Assembly: GCA_031414595.1 (NCBI GenBank)
Contig: JANNVX010000058.1
Coordinates: 1 to 38,910, forward strand
DNA from: Deinococcales bacterium
GTDB taxonomy: Bacteria > Deinococcota > Deinococci > Deinococcales > JAAFIG01
Length of the DNA stretch: 38,910 nt
Reading direction: 5' to 3'
Both the position numbers and the translations under genes were made by a program. Below are positions 1 through 9,445 of this stretch, in pieces (position 1 is the stretch's first letter; the number at the start of each line of letters is the position of its first letter). The notes beneath the pieces were generated by a model. That model was not told where the DNA came from. It saw nothing but the letters and a program-made list of their open reading frames with translations, and did not search any database.

Positions 1-111
1 CCATATCACTTGGCGACGAGTTTTTTCTTTGGCATCTTTGCACTGTTTGTAGTGTTTCTCGAGTTCTTCAGTCGTATGGTGGGCGGTTAGAGGTGTGCCT
101 AATCTTGACAT
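1..111 (-). CDS. IS630-family transposase, N-terminal fragment (runs off the window edge)
   Basis: Manual translation from ATG at 111 gives MSRLGTPLTAHHTTEELEKHYKQCKDAKEKTRRQVIW, resembling the '..EELE..Y...KD..E..R.Q.IW' N-terminus of IS630 HTH transposases. Below the ORF-track size cutoff. Confidence 0.7.
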   Translation of the reverse strand, partial: MSRLGTPLTAHHTTEELEKHYKQCKDAKEKTRRQVIW

Positions 112-140
112 TCCTTATTATCTACCTAAAGTTGGTATTA
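1..140 (-). mobile_element. Left end of a probable IS630-family insertion sequence
   Basis: Transposase start is preceded on the minus strand by TAATACCAACTTTAGG, a TA-flanked terminus-like sequence. The other end is outside the window, so the inverted repeat cannot be confirmed. Confidence 0.5.
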
Positions 141-184
141 AGCGTAACACAGCCGCAATACATCCACTCCATAGCAAATGAAAT

Positions 185-210
185 GGGAGCGCAGCCGATG
201 CTACGCTCCC
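185..210 (-). terminator. Probable intrinsic terminator of the pullulanase gene
   Basis: Minus strand GGGAGCGTAGC-ATCG-GCTGCGCTCCC (11-bp stem, one G-U pair) followed by ATTTCATTT, 14 nt past the stop codon. Confidence 0.6.
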
Positions 211-224
211 CTTACAAAAAGTTC

Positions 225-3200
225 TTATTGGTAAAGAATATAAGCGCTTAGCGGCTCGAGCTTAAGGCTACCTGAGACTTTACCTAAGCTGCCATTGCTG
301 GCTCTTAAACCATTGGCGGCAATGTTCCATGTGCCGGCTGGTAACTGCATGGTTTGCTCGCCTTTTGTGCCGTGCAGAATCACCACAATCCGCTTCCAAC
401 TGTCTTTTACGACTCCACCATCGAGGGTATACGCCACCACCCCATTGGGCAGACTCGAGTCTGGTAGGAACTTGAGGTGCTTACGAATTTGTTCGGCACT
501 GGTCAGCTTAAAGGCTGGGTGGGCTTTACGAATAGCGATTAAGCCTTGGTAGTATTTTTGCACATCGGGGAATTGTGCGCCCCTTGTCCAGTCGTACTTG
601 TTCGCGCCGTCGCCCGCATTGTAACTGTTGTTGTTTCCCCCCTTGGTGCGTCCCATTTCCACGCCACCCTCGAGAAACGGCACACCTTGGCTGGTCAACA
701 CAATTGCCCCACCGAGTTGCACGGCTCGAGCTTTCAGGGCAATTGGTGCATCGGGCATGGCTTTATCCAGTTTATCCCAAAGCGTCAGGTTGTCATGGGC
801 CGATATGTAGTTAATCGTCTCGAGGGGGCTGTCGGTGAAATCAGAAATGCTCCCTTCGTAATTGATGCTACCAACAATCCCTTTTTTAATGGCAGTTAAA
901 CTGGTTAAGCCACCCATCACAAAGCCAGCTTTTGTTCCATCCAAATCGCCACGCATGGCATTGCGGATGTTGTCGTTAAAAACCGCAAATTGAGTACCGC
1001 GTTGTGCGCCTTTGCCAAAGCGAGTCGGTCCGCCACCAGTCCACGGTTCGCCGTACAGCACAATGTCTGGGCGGATAGCACGTAGGGCTTTGGTGAAATC
1101 CGTCACTGTGCCTTTGGTGAACATCCCAATTAAGTCAAACCGGAAGCCATCCACCCCATATTCTTTTGTCCAGAACAGCACACTCTCGCGGATGTACTTA
1201 CGCACCATCGGGCGGTCATCGTGCAGCGCATTGCCCACACCCGATTCATTGAGGACTTGCCCTTGGTCGTTGGTGCGGAAATAATAGTACGGCACGGTTT
1301 CCCAAAATGCACTCTCTTCACCTCTGGCAGGTACGGTGTGGTTGTAGACAACATCCATGACCACCCGCATTCCAGCACCGCGAATCGCTTGGAACATGGT
1401 TTTGGTTTCAACAATGGTTTTTACGGGGTCGTTTGGGTCGGTGCTGTATTGTTCTTCGGGCATATTAAAGAGGTTGGTTTCATAACCCCAGTTATAGACT
1501 CCACTGTTTTTAGGATTGAAGTTCTGAATTGGTAATAAATGCAGGTCGGTCACACCAAGGTTTCTCAGGTAATCCAAGCCACTACTTGCGCCATTAGGTG
1601 CTTTTGTGCCAGTCTGGGCAAAGCCAAGGTATTTGCCACGCAAGTTTTCGGGTACGCTACTCGAGGCATCCGAGGTCAAGTCCCGAACATGTAATTCGTA
1701 CAAGATACTTTCAGTTTGTGGGCGCTGGATTGGTTTGGGGAGCGTCCAATTTTTCGGGTTGGTACGGCTTAAATCCACCACCATGCTGCGGGTCGAATCC
1801 GCACTGGCAGCATAAGAATTTATATCGGCAGCGACTCTGGTCTGCCCATAACTCTTAAAGCGGTATTGGTAGTATTTGCCATGCAGGTCGCCTTTGATGG
1901 TCGCAAACCAAACGCCGTTTGCGCCGCGCTGCATGTCTATAATTTCGCTCGGACCATCTATTAAATTATCAAACACAAATAGTTCGGCACTGCTCGAGAC
2001 CGGCGACCAGACCTTAAACACGGTTTGATTTTTGCTGTAGCGGTTGCCAAGATCGTCTTTGCTGTACTGATACTCTTTGCCGTCAAGGACTTCACGGGCA
2101 TAGACGGTACGCGGTAAATCACCTTCGATGGTCATTTCAATAAAGTTACTGATTTCTTTGGCACTAATCGGTTTCTCGAGGTTAATTGCCAGCACTTGCA
2201 CAGGTCCTGTGGTCGGTTTAGCAATCACGGCTCGAGGCGGGACGGTGGCTGGGGCAATAATATCTTTGTTATTGATGCTGTCTTTAACGATGTTGCGGTT
2301 AAAATCTACCACAAAACGCACAATTGTACCGTCGGTGGCAATTGCCAGCCCGATGTTGCCACCTTCGGCGGCAAAGTCCGCGCCATAATTTTCTGCCCAA
2401 CTGCCGCCGCGAGCTACTTTGTATTCGTAATTGCCTTTGGGGAAAGCAGCCACAAATTCAAACACACCTTTACTAACTTCGATCATGCGGGTGATGTCGC
2501 CATTTGGATTCCAGTCTGCGCCACCAAGTGCGCCTTGGATTGTTCCGGGCAACACCACCTTGGTGGGGTCTAGGCTGTCGGTGTTTGCCAGCACTGGCGC
2601 ACCACCAGCTCCAATAGATTTAATGGCGAGGGATTTGCCGTTGATGGTCAGTTTAATTTTGTTGTTAAAGCTCTCGGGGGTCGCCGCTTTAGGAATCCAA
2701 GCCCGAATGACACTAGGGCTATCCAAAAAGGCAGGTTCGCCGCGTGGTGGGGCGGCACTGGCAGCAAAAGCATCCACTTTCGCCCTCGAGTCAAAAACGT
2801 CTTTGTTGCCTTGGAGCAACCAAATTTCGGCTTTGCCATTTTGTACATTTGCAAAACGGTCGGCTTCGGTGTCTTTGGCTTGCCAATCGCCTAGCCGCAC
2901 AATAAAGTTGACTTTGGCAACCGCCACAGGTAAATCCAGTGTCGCAACTTGTCCAAAATCATCCGAGCCATTAAACGGATAGGATTTACCATCCGCGCCA
3001 TCTGCCCAGACCCAAAGATTCCAGCCTTCATAGTCGCCTCTGGTGCGTTTGTAATGCACCACAAAACGGGTTGTCCCCTCGGCTATCGGGGCAGCAACGG
3101 CAGCGGCTCGAGCGGGAATGGTGGCGGGGGCAGTAATTTCGGTGGGGTTATTAAGGCTATCCATAATTTTCTTCGTCGCGTAGTTAAACACAAATTTGAT

Positions 3201-3515
3201 AATCGTATTGTCGGCTAGGACATCAAGTGTTAGGTTTGCGCCACCTTTCTCTCCATTTTTACCGTAATTTTCGTCCCAAGTCTGGTTAATTGCCACTTTA
3301 TATTCATATTTGCCCTTGGGGAAAGCAGCCACAAATTCGTACACGTCAGTGCTGACTTCGGTCATGCGGGTAATATCACCCGCCGGATCCCATTCTTTGC
3401 CACCTAGGGCTTTTTGAATTGAACCGGGCAAGGTCACGATTCTATTGCTTTGAGCGCTCGAGAATGCAAGGGCAAGACCAAGCATCAGGGCGATGACCAC
3501 CAAAAATCTTTTCAT
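225..3515 (-). CDS. pulA: Secreted type I pullulanase (GH13) with two X25-like repeats, CBM41 and CBM48
   Basis: YNWGY, DGFRFDLIG, YGEPW and NYISAHDN GH13 pullulanase motifs. CBM41-like VHYKRTRGDYEGWNLWVW. Duplicated 'LPG.IQ.ALGG..W.P.GDITRM...YEYKVA' module. Start moved to ATG 3515 (GGAGG RBS, signal peptide MKRFLVVIALMLGLALAFSSA). Confidence 0.93.
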   Translation of the reverse strand: MKRFLVVIALMLGLALAFSSAQSNRIVTLPGSIQKALGGKEWDPAGDITRMTEVSTDVYEFVAAFPKGKYEYKVAINQTWDENYGKNGEKGGANLTLDVLADNTIIKFVFNYATKKIMDSLNNPTEITAPATIPARAAAVAAPIAEGTTRFVVHYKRTRGDYEGWNLWVWADGADGKSYPFNGSDDFGQVATLDLPVAVAKVNFIVRLGDWQAKDTEADRFANVQNGKAEIWLLQGNKDVFDSRAKVDAFAASAAPPRGEPAFLDSPSVIRAWIPKAATPESFNNKIKLTINGKSLAIKSIGAGGAPVLANTDSLDPTKVVLPGTIQGALGGADWNPNGDITRMIEVSKGVFEFVAAFPKGNYEYKVARGGSWAENYGADFAAEGGNIGLAIATDGTIVRFVVDFNRNIVKDSINNKDIIAPATVPPRAVIAKPTTGPVQVLAINLEKPISAKEISNFIEMTIEGDLPRTVYAREVLDGKEYQYSKDDLGNRYSKNQTVFKVWSPVSSSAELFVFDNLIDGPSEIIDMQRGANGVWFATIKGDLHGKYYQYRFKSYGQTRVAADINSYAASADSTRSMVVDLSRTNPKNWTLPKPIQRPQTESILYELHVRDLTSDASSSVPENLRGKYLGFAQTGTKAPNGASSGLDYLRNLGVTDLHLLPIQNFNPKNSGVYNWGYETNLFNMPEEQYSTDPNDPVKTIVETKTMFQAIRGAGMRVVMDVVYNHTVPARGEESAFWETVPYYYFRTNDQGQVLNESGVGNALHDDRPMVRKYIRESVLFWTKEYGVDGFRFDLIGMFTKGTVTDFTKALRAIRPDIVLYGEPWTGGGPTRFGKGAQRGTQFAVFNDNIRNAMRGDLDGTKAGFVMGGLTSLTAIKKGIVGSINYEGSISDFTDSPLETINYISAHDNLTLWDKLDKAMPDAPIALKARAVQLGGAIVLTSQGVPFLEGGVEMGRTKGGNNNSYNAGDGANKYDWTRGAQFPDVQKYYQGLIAIRKAHPAFKLTSAEQIRKHLKFLPDSSLPNGVVAYTLDGGVVKDSWKRIVVILHGTKGEQTMQLPAGTWNIAANGLRASNGSLGKVSGSLKLEPLSAYILYQ

Positions 3516-3663
3516 AAACCTCCAAAAGACTCGAGCCAAGGGTTCTCGAGGAATCTCGAGATGAATGTTTGACTGAGGATGCTCTAGTCTCCCGAGGAAG
3601 CGCTTCCATGTCAAGGGGGTAAGGTTGCGCGGCACTTAAAAGGTTTACCAGTAGAATCTGTTT

Positions 3664-4794
3664 ATGCAAATTCTTGTCTTAAATGCAGGCAGTTCCAGTC
3701 TAAAATACGCAGTTATTGACACAATCTCGTCTGTAACACTGGCTCGAGGGCTGATTGAACGGATTGGGCTGCCTCAAGCCGCTTATCTACGCGGTCAACA
3801 AATTGTCAAAGTGCTGGCAATGAATCATGCACAGGCTTTAACCGCGATTGCTAAATTTGAGGATTTCTCGAATGTCCAAGCGATTGGACACCGAGTGGTT
3901 CACGGCGGACTGGCTTTCTCGACCCCAAGCAAAATAGATTCTCAAGTGCTGGCGGTACTCGAGGAGAATGCAAAATTTGCACCCCTGCATAATCCACCCA
4001 ACATTGTTGGGATTAAAGCCGCCAGAGAAATCCTACCCGCTCTCGAGAACGTCGCCGTGTTTGACACGGCTTTTCATGCCACCCTGCCCGAACAAGCCTA
4101 TTTATATGCTATTCCCGTCCAAATGGGTTTACGGCGCTTTGGTTTTCATGGAACAAGTCATGGGTTTGTGGCTGCTCAGGCTGCCAAATTCTTAGAACAA
4201 CCACTCGAGAAACTCAAACTGATTACCTTGCATATTGGAAACGGTGCAAGTGCTTGCGCTGTTCTATTTGGTAAAAGCATAGACACCAGCATGGGATTCA
4301 CCCCACTTGAAGGTCTGGTCATGGGAACACGCAGTGGCGACATAGATGCTGGATTGGTCTTGGAATTGGTACGGCGCAACGGTGTAGAAGCCACCGATAC
4401 TTTATTAAATAAACAATCTGGGATGCTTGGTTTGGCGGGCGCAGCCGACCTGCGGGATGTCTGGAAAGCCTTAGATGCTGGCAGCCACCAAGCCCAAACC
4501 GCCTTAGACCTTTTTGCTTACCGTATTCAAAAAACCATTGGTGCATATGTTGCCGCCCTCAATGGCATAGATGCGATTATTTTCACGGCTGGTGTAGGCG
4601 AAAACGACCTACGAATGCGAGCTAAAATTCTGGGGAAAATGGGTTGGTTGGGTATCACCTTGGATGAAACTGCCAATCAATCAAAACAAACCCGAATTTC
4701 TACCGCCAACTCAACGGTGGCGGCTTTGGTTATTCCAACCAATGAAGAACTGGCAATTGCTTTGGAAACAAAAAAATTGCTCTCTTCCGCCTGA
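3664..4794 (+). CDS. ackA: Acetate kinase
   Basis: ILVLNAGSSSLK, IGHRVVHGG, APLHNP, VFDTAFH, FGFHGTSH, GTRSGDID and IPTNEE motifs. Confidence 0.96.
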   Translation: MQILVLNAGSSSLKYAVIDTISSVTLARGLIERIGLPQAAYLRGQQIVKVLAMNHAQALTAIAKFEDFSNVQAIGHRVVHGGLAFSTPSKIDSQVLAVLEENAKFAPLHNPPNIVGIKAAREILPALENVAVFDTAFHATLPEQAYLYAIPVQMGLRRFGFHGTSHGFVAAQAAKFLEQPLEKLKLITLHIGNGASACAVLFGKSIDTSMGFTPLEGLVMGTRSGDIDAGLVLELVRRNGVEATDTLLNKQSGMLGLAGAADLRDVWKALDAGSHQAQTALDLFAYRIQKTIGAYVAALNGIDAIIFTAGVGENDLRMRAKILGKMGWLGITLDETANQSKQTRISTANSTVAALVIPTNEELAIALETKKLLSSA

Positions 4795-4847
4795 CCAAAA
4801 CCGCTTTGTGGTCTCAAGAGGGCAGTGTTTCGTGTAAGCTACTGGCA

Positions 4848-6491
4848 ATGAAAACTCTTGTCAGTATTGCCGAAGCCAAGGCACACTTGGAAAAATTACT
4901 TGAACGTGCTGCTCAGGGCGAAGAAATTGTGATTGTGGAAAACGGTTTGCAAGTAGGGGCGTTAAGTTATGCCGCCTCGAGTGAGCCAGCCTCTGTGGTC
5001 TCGAGTGAGCCAGCCTCTGTGGTCTCGAGTGAAGCTGTAGTCTCGAGTAAACCAAGTCCTAAACCTGTGGCTAAAAAGCCAATTCATACCACCAGTCGCA
5101 AAGGTTTTTCGGTCGAAAGTTATGGTGCGGCACGCACTGTCACGGGTTCTAACCATTGGTTGCGGATGGGTGGACAGAACATCATGCTCGATTGTGGGCA
5201 GTTTCAGGGTTCTAAAGCCTTGGACGCGATTAACGACCAAGATTGGGCATATAAAATTGCTGAAATAGATGGATTTTTCTTGTCTCATGCCCATTTAGAC
5301 CATGCTGGGCGCTTACCCAAATTGGTGCGTGATGGTTATAACAAACCAATTTTTGCTACACCAAGCACCAGACAAATCGTCGAGCATTTACTGCTTGATT
5401 CTGCTAAGTTACAAAAAGAAGATTTTGAACGTGACCAACGCAAAAATAAAAGTAAAGCCATGCCGCCGCTTTTTGCAGAAGCCGATGTGCAAAAAGCCTT
5501 GACGCTATTTGAAGTAATCGAGTACAACAAACCGCTCGAGTGGAATGGTGTTCGGGTCACGGCACAAGTGGCTGGACATATCCCCGGTAGTGCCAGTTTG
5601 TTATTTGAAAGCCCTGAAGGGCGTTTTGTCTTTAGTGGCGACCTCGGCAACGCCCGCAAAGATATTTTGCCAGACCCCGTACCCTGCCCAGATGCCGATA
5701 TTGTCCTGATGGAAAGCACCTACGGCGACCGTGACCATAAACCCTTCGAGCAGACGCTCGAGGAATTTGCTGCTCTTTTGATTGAAGCCACCAAAAGCGG
5801 TGGCAAAGTCCTGATTCCGAGTTTTGCGCTCGAGCGCACCCAAGATTTGCTGTACCACATTGCCCGTCTCGAGGAAGAAAATCGTATTCCAGTGCTGCCC
5901 GTTTTTGTGGATAGCCCACTTGCCAGCCGTATTGAAGAGACTTATGCCGCCGCCAAGTACGAATTCGAGCCGCATGTGCAAAAATTCTATACCGCACAAC
6001 GCAACCCGTTTGAACCAAAAAACTTTAAGTACACTGCCAGCACCGATGAGAGTAAAGCCCTGAATGCGCTGCCAGGTTCAGCAATAATAATCGCTGGGGC
6101 GGGAATGCTGACCGGCGGACGAATCCTGCATCATCTTCGCAATAATTTAGGCAATAAAAACACCAGTGTCGTGATTGTCGGCTATCAACCCCAAGGTGGA
6201 CTGGGGCGCTTACTGATAGATGGTGTGGACAGCATCAATTTATTTGGCGAGAAAGTCGCGGTTCATGCTCGAGTCTTCACGGTCGGTGGATTTTCTGCCC
6301 ACGCTGACCAAACCGAATTACTGGATTGGAGCAAAGGCGTATCTGGCGAAATTCGTTTAGTACACGGCGAAATTAAAGCCATGGAAGTGCTGCAACAAAA
6401 ACTGATTGCTCGAGGGCAACAAAGCAGTCTTCAAGCCGCCATGATTCCCGTTCCTGGCGACACTGGCAATAAGGGCGGCGAACCAGAATAG
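4848..6491 (+). CDS. beta-CASP metallo-beta-lactamase ribonuclease with an N-terminal Phd/YefM-like domain
   Basis: HAHLDH, AGHIPGS, FSGDLG, ESTYG, FSAHAD and LVHGE motifs. N-terminus MKTLVSIAEAKAHLEKLLERAAQGEEIVI matches the Phd/YefM pattern. Start set at ATG 4848. Confidence 0.88.
   Translation: MKTLVSIAEAKAHLEKLLERAAQGEEIVIVENGLQVGALSYAASSEPASVVSSEPASVVSSEAVVSSKPSPKPVAKKPIHTTSRKGFSVESYGAARTVTGSNHWLRMGGQNIMLDCGQFQGSKALDAINDQDWAYKIAEIDGFFLSHAHLDHAGRLPKLVRDGYNKPIFATPSTRQIVEHLLLDSAKLQKEDFERDQRKNKSKAMPPLFAEADVQKALTLFEVIEYNKPLEWNGVRVTAQVAGHIPGSASLLFESPEGRFVFSGDLGNARKDILPDPVPCPDADIVLMESTYGDRDHKPFEQTLEEFAALLIEATKSGGKVLIPSFALERTQDLLYHIARLEEENRIPVLPVFVDSPLASRIEETYAAAKYEFEPHVQKFYTAQRNPFEPKNFKYTASTDESKALNALPGSAIIIAGAGMLTGGRILHHLRNNLGNKNTSVVIVGYQPQGGLGRLLIDGVDSINLFGEKVAVHARVFTVGGFSAHADQTELLDWSKGVSGEIRLVHGEIKAMEVLQQKLIARGQQSSLQAAMIPVPGDTGNKGGEPE
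4976..5047 (+). repeat. In-frame tandem repeat (24-bp unit CTCGAGTGAGCCAGCCTCTGTGGT x2 plus degenerate units)
   Basis: CTCGAG starts at 4976, 5000, 5024 and 5042. Encodes the SSEPASVV repeats of the interdomain linker. Confidence 0.9.
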
Positions 6492-6494
6492 AAA

Positions 6495-8117
6495 CTATGA
6501 ATTTATTGGAGGTGTACTTTGTCTTTTAAATTGTCGCCAAGTTCTTTCAAACTCTTGAATTCTGTTCTCCAAGAAATCCCTTCGGTTATTTTGATGGCGT
6601 GAAATATTTTCCATTACAGTATTTTTTTCACGAATTAGGAATTCGCGTTTCCGCTCATAGCTATCCAAAATATCTTGTGTTTCACTTTGTTTTTGCTTTA
6701 ATTGCCCAAGATGAGCTTCCAACTGTTTTGTCAGTTGTTCAATTTCTCTAGTGACTCGAGCAGTTGCATCAGGCATTTGTACCATTAGAGCTTGTCGCTG
6801 CTTTTCATAGTTTTGAAATGCTTCCGAATAATTGCTTTCATCTACTAGAAGTATTGAAAATTCTTCTAGTAAGTCTTGATATTCCTTTGATTCACATAAT
6901 TCATGGCTTTTTTGGAAGGATGTTTGCTTTTTCTTGGTTTGTGCCATCGCGTGACGATTTTCTGAGTTCCAAGTTACAATCGCGTAAGTGAAAAGCAAAA
7001 TAGCACTAATTAAAGCAAAAGCAATTTTGGTAAAACTAATTGAACCAGTAACGGCACTTGTGGTACTAAACTCACCTGGTCTCTGACCAGCAACAATACT
7101 TTCGCTCACTCCACCCAAGTAACGAAATGTCTCTAAGCTAATCAGAAATTCAATACCTGTCATTAGTGCAATAATAGAAAAAGCTGCTGCTCTAGCATAT
7201 ATAAAAGAATTTTTTACGTCTGAATTACGGTCTGGTTTAGCTTGTATATTTTCTTCTTCAAGCATTTCGGTATATTTATCAGCTTGGTACTGAAGCAGTA
7301 AACGAGTGACCAATTCGTAAGCATACGAAAGAGCAACACCAATACCTGCGGCAAAGATAAAAACAAAAGCATTATTCGTACTAAACGTTGTCTTGCCAAA
7401 AAAAACTCGAGCAATTGTAAAGCTCATAATGATTCCCGTAAGGAAAGGAATCCAAGCCAGTAAATTGCTACTGGTAGCTTGGCTTTTTATAGAGGGGTCT
7501 TCAATAGCAGGTACAGCAACACCATGATGTAATTCGGCTAATGTTATCTCGGGTTTTAAGGTTATGCCAAAACGAGCGAACCGAATTGTCAAAGCATTCC
7601 GTTTCTTGGTAATATCATCCTTAAACATAGCAGGGTCTTTGCTCATATCAAGATTAAGTTCTTCAATTTTTCCTTCAATATGTTTACGCTGTGTTACCTC
7701 CATTGTATTTTCGATAGCTGGCTCTGCTTCAAGTTGGCTGATTTTTTCATGTAGTTGTTTAGTTATTGTGTCTTCTAGTTCTTGGGCTGGAGTGTTTTGA
7801 ATTAGAGTATTTATTGAAGTGATTTCTATATCTGTTTCTTGAGAAAATTTTTCACCAACCGTACAATCAGTGCTGTATGCTGCTTCAGTTTCTCCTACTT
7901 CCAAGTCCAAAGCACTCCAATCTCGAGTTAAGCGATCTAGTGTATTAGAGTGGTAGTCCTTAAACTCAGCAACATAAACTGGTAGTGGCGGCAAGTCACC
8001 AAAAGTTCCAACTGTCAACTCTCGCCGTCCCAATGGTCTATAACCATTCAGGGAATACTTCTGCTCTGGTTGGTACGATTTAAGCCTTACTAGGACATTA
8101 GATTCATTAGTTGCCAT
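6495..8117 (-). CDS. Hypothetical membrane protein (about 4 TM segments flanked by long coiled coils)
   Basis: 540-aa ORF with AGGGGG RBS. Hydrophobic segments LLAWIPFLTGIIMSFTIA, AFVFIFAAGIGVALSYAY, AAAFSIIALMTGIEFLISL and IAFALISAILLFTYAIV. E/Q/K-rich helical N- and C-terminal regions. Confidence 0.8.
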   Translation of the reverse strand: MATNESNVLVRLKSYQPEQKYSLNGYRPLGRRELTVGTFGDLPPLPVYVAEFKDYHSNTLDRLTRDWSALDLEVGETEAAYSTDCTVGEKFSQETDIEITSINTLIQNTPAQELEDTITKQLHEKISQLEAEPAIENTMEVTQRKHIEGKIEELNLDMSKDPAMFKDDITKKRNALTIRFARFGITLKPEITLAELHHGVAVPAIEDPSIKSQATSSNLLAWIPFLTGIIMSFTIARVFFGKTTFSTNNAFVFIFAAGIGVALSYAYELVTRLLLQYQADKYTEMLEEENIQAKPDRNSDVKNSFIYARAAAFSIIALMTGIEFLISLETFRYLGGVSESIVAGQRPGEFSTTSAVTGSISFTKIAFALISAILLFTYAIVTWNSENRHAMAQTKKKQTSFQKSHELCESKEYQDLLEEFSILLVDESNYSEAFQNYEKQRQALMVQMPDATARVTREIEQLTKQLEAHLGQLKQKQSETQDILDSYERKREFLIREKNTVMENISRHQNNRRDFLENRIQEFERTWRQFKRQSTPPINS

Positions 8118-8127
8118 TTCTACCCCC

Positions 8128-8814
8128 TTACAACCTTTCCAATAATTCGTCTAATCGAGGTAAAGTAGATGCTACGGTTGTAGCATACAACTGGTCATAT
8201 TTTGGGTGGTTATTTAAGCGCTCACCAAAATTATCACGAACATCTTGAATACGGTCAAATTTGACTCCACCAACCAAAACCCATTTCATTCGTGAGTCAA
8301 GCAGCATGGTTTCTGCTGTCATAGGGAAAGTGGATTTTCCGGTTTTACTATCACTTGGATCATCCGAAAATACACCATCTGTAAGAATGACAAGACCTAC
8401 ACGGCGACTATTAAATTTTACAAACTGAGCATTTGCCAGTAATAATGCTTCACTCAACGCAGTGCCATCTTTTTTACATCGAGTATCAAACCCTGTTCGG
8501 ACTTCTATCTTTATTGCCCTTGTTATAGGTTCACCGGGATTTAGTAGAGATGCTCTATCGCACATTTTTATAATCGATATATTTGTACTTGAGTCAAAAT
8601 TTTCGATTTTTCCCAAAGCGTCAAATGCTAGTTTCCGAAACTCATAACGTGGGTCGGTTGGCTTCAAGTTACCAAAAGGATATGTTGATGTTGATGTATC
8701 CACAATAACAATGATGTGAGGTGCGCCACTGACTTGACTCAGAAGAAACCAAACCGCCGCAGTGAAGAACAGAAAACCCACTGCCCAAAGTCGAACATCA
8801 ATCTTTTTTTTCAC
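8128..8814 (-). CDS. Membrane-anchored von Willebrand factor A (vWA) domain protein
   Basis: N-terminal TM helix, then MIDAS elements IIVIVDTSTS (DxSxS), GTALSEAL and LVILTDG. GTG start at 8814 follows GGAGG. Confidence 0.8.
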   Translation of the reverse strand: MKKKIDVRLWAVGFLFFTAAVWFLLSQVSGAPHIIVIVDTSTSTYPFGNLKPTDPRYEFRKLAFDALGKIENFDSSTNISIIKMCDRASLLNPGEPITRAIKIEVRTGFDTRCKKDGTALSEALLLANAQFVKFNSRRVGLVILTDGVFSDDPSDSKTGKSTFPMTAETMLLDSRMKWVLVGGVKFDRIQDVRDNFGERLNNHPKYDQLYATTVASTLPRLDELLERL

Positions 8815-8828
8815 GGTCACCTCCTATC

Positions 8829-9320
8829 TTATCTTAGAGCGACAATGGTTGCTATGTTACTTGAAGCAACCGAAAGTTTAACTGAAAAAATCACTGTTTT
8901 TAATGTGGTATTTTCACTTTTCCCACATTGAGATTCAACAACCCAAGAAAAAGTCAAAACAGTAAATCTGCTAGTTTCTAGTACATCCGAAATTGTTTCG
9001 ATATAAGAAGGTGCGTCTAGAAATTTGCTAGTGCAATTCTTTGAGTAAAGAAATTGTAGGATAAAATTCTGTAACCTAGAATCTGAACGCCATGCAAATT
9101 CAGAGATTCCGCCCAAAAAAGCTCGAGTTTTTTCGGCAACAATTTCTCGGGACGATATTTGTACAAGTGGAAACTGTAAATTCAGAGTTGGATTCGGGAT
9201 GAATAAGTTGCCACCAAAAGCCAAAACTGTTGCAATGACAACCGTTACGATACCCGCGATGATTTGCTTTTCAAATTCATTAAAGAACTTTTTCCCATAC
9301 GGTGTGTTCGGCTGTGACAT
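8829..9320 (-). CDS. Hypothetical protein with an N-terminal TM helix
   Basis: AGGAGG RBS before ATG 9320. Hydrophobic IIAGIVTVVIATVLAFGG. Tightly packed with the vWA gene. Confidence 0.65.
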   Translation of the reverse strand: MSQPNTPYGKKFFNEFEKQIIAGIVTVVIATVLAFGGNLFIPNPTLNLQFPLVQISSREIVAEKTRAFLGGISEFAWRSDSRLQNFILQFLYSKNCTSKFLDAPSYIETISDVLETSRFTVLTFSWVVESQCGKSENTTLKTVIFSVKLSVASSNIATIVALR

Positions 9321-9445
9321 AAATCTCCTCCTAGACATATTGGGTGTAGTATATTTTGATTGTCGGAATTTATTTTACTACAAAATGATTCAGTCGTTAA
9401 GTTATTTGAAATACCAACATACCAACCATTCACATCTAAATTTTT

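Noticed and set aside
3516-3635. N-terminal 40 aa of the 1136-aa pullulanase ORF
   Set aside because: The RBS and signal peptide point to ATG 3515. The upstream part is the divergent promoter region shared with ackA.
4976-5047. Mini CRISPR array
   Set aside because: The repeats are tandem with no unique spacers, lie in frame in a CDS, and no cas genes are present. No CRISPR array was seen anywhere in the window.
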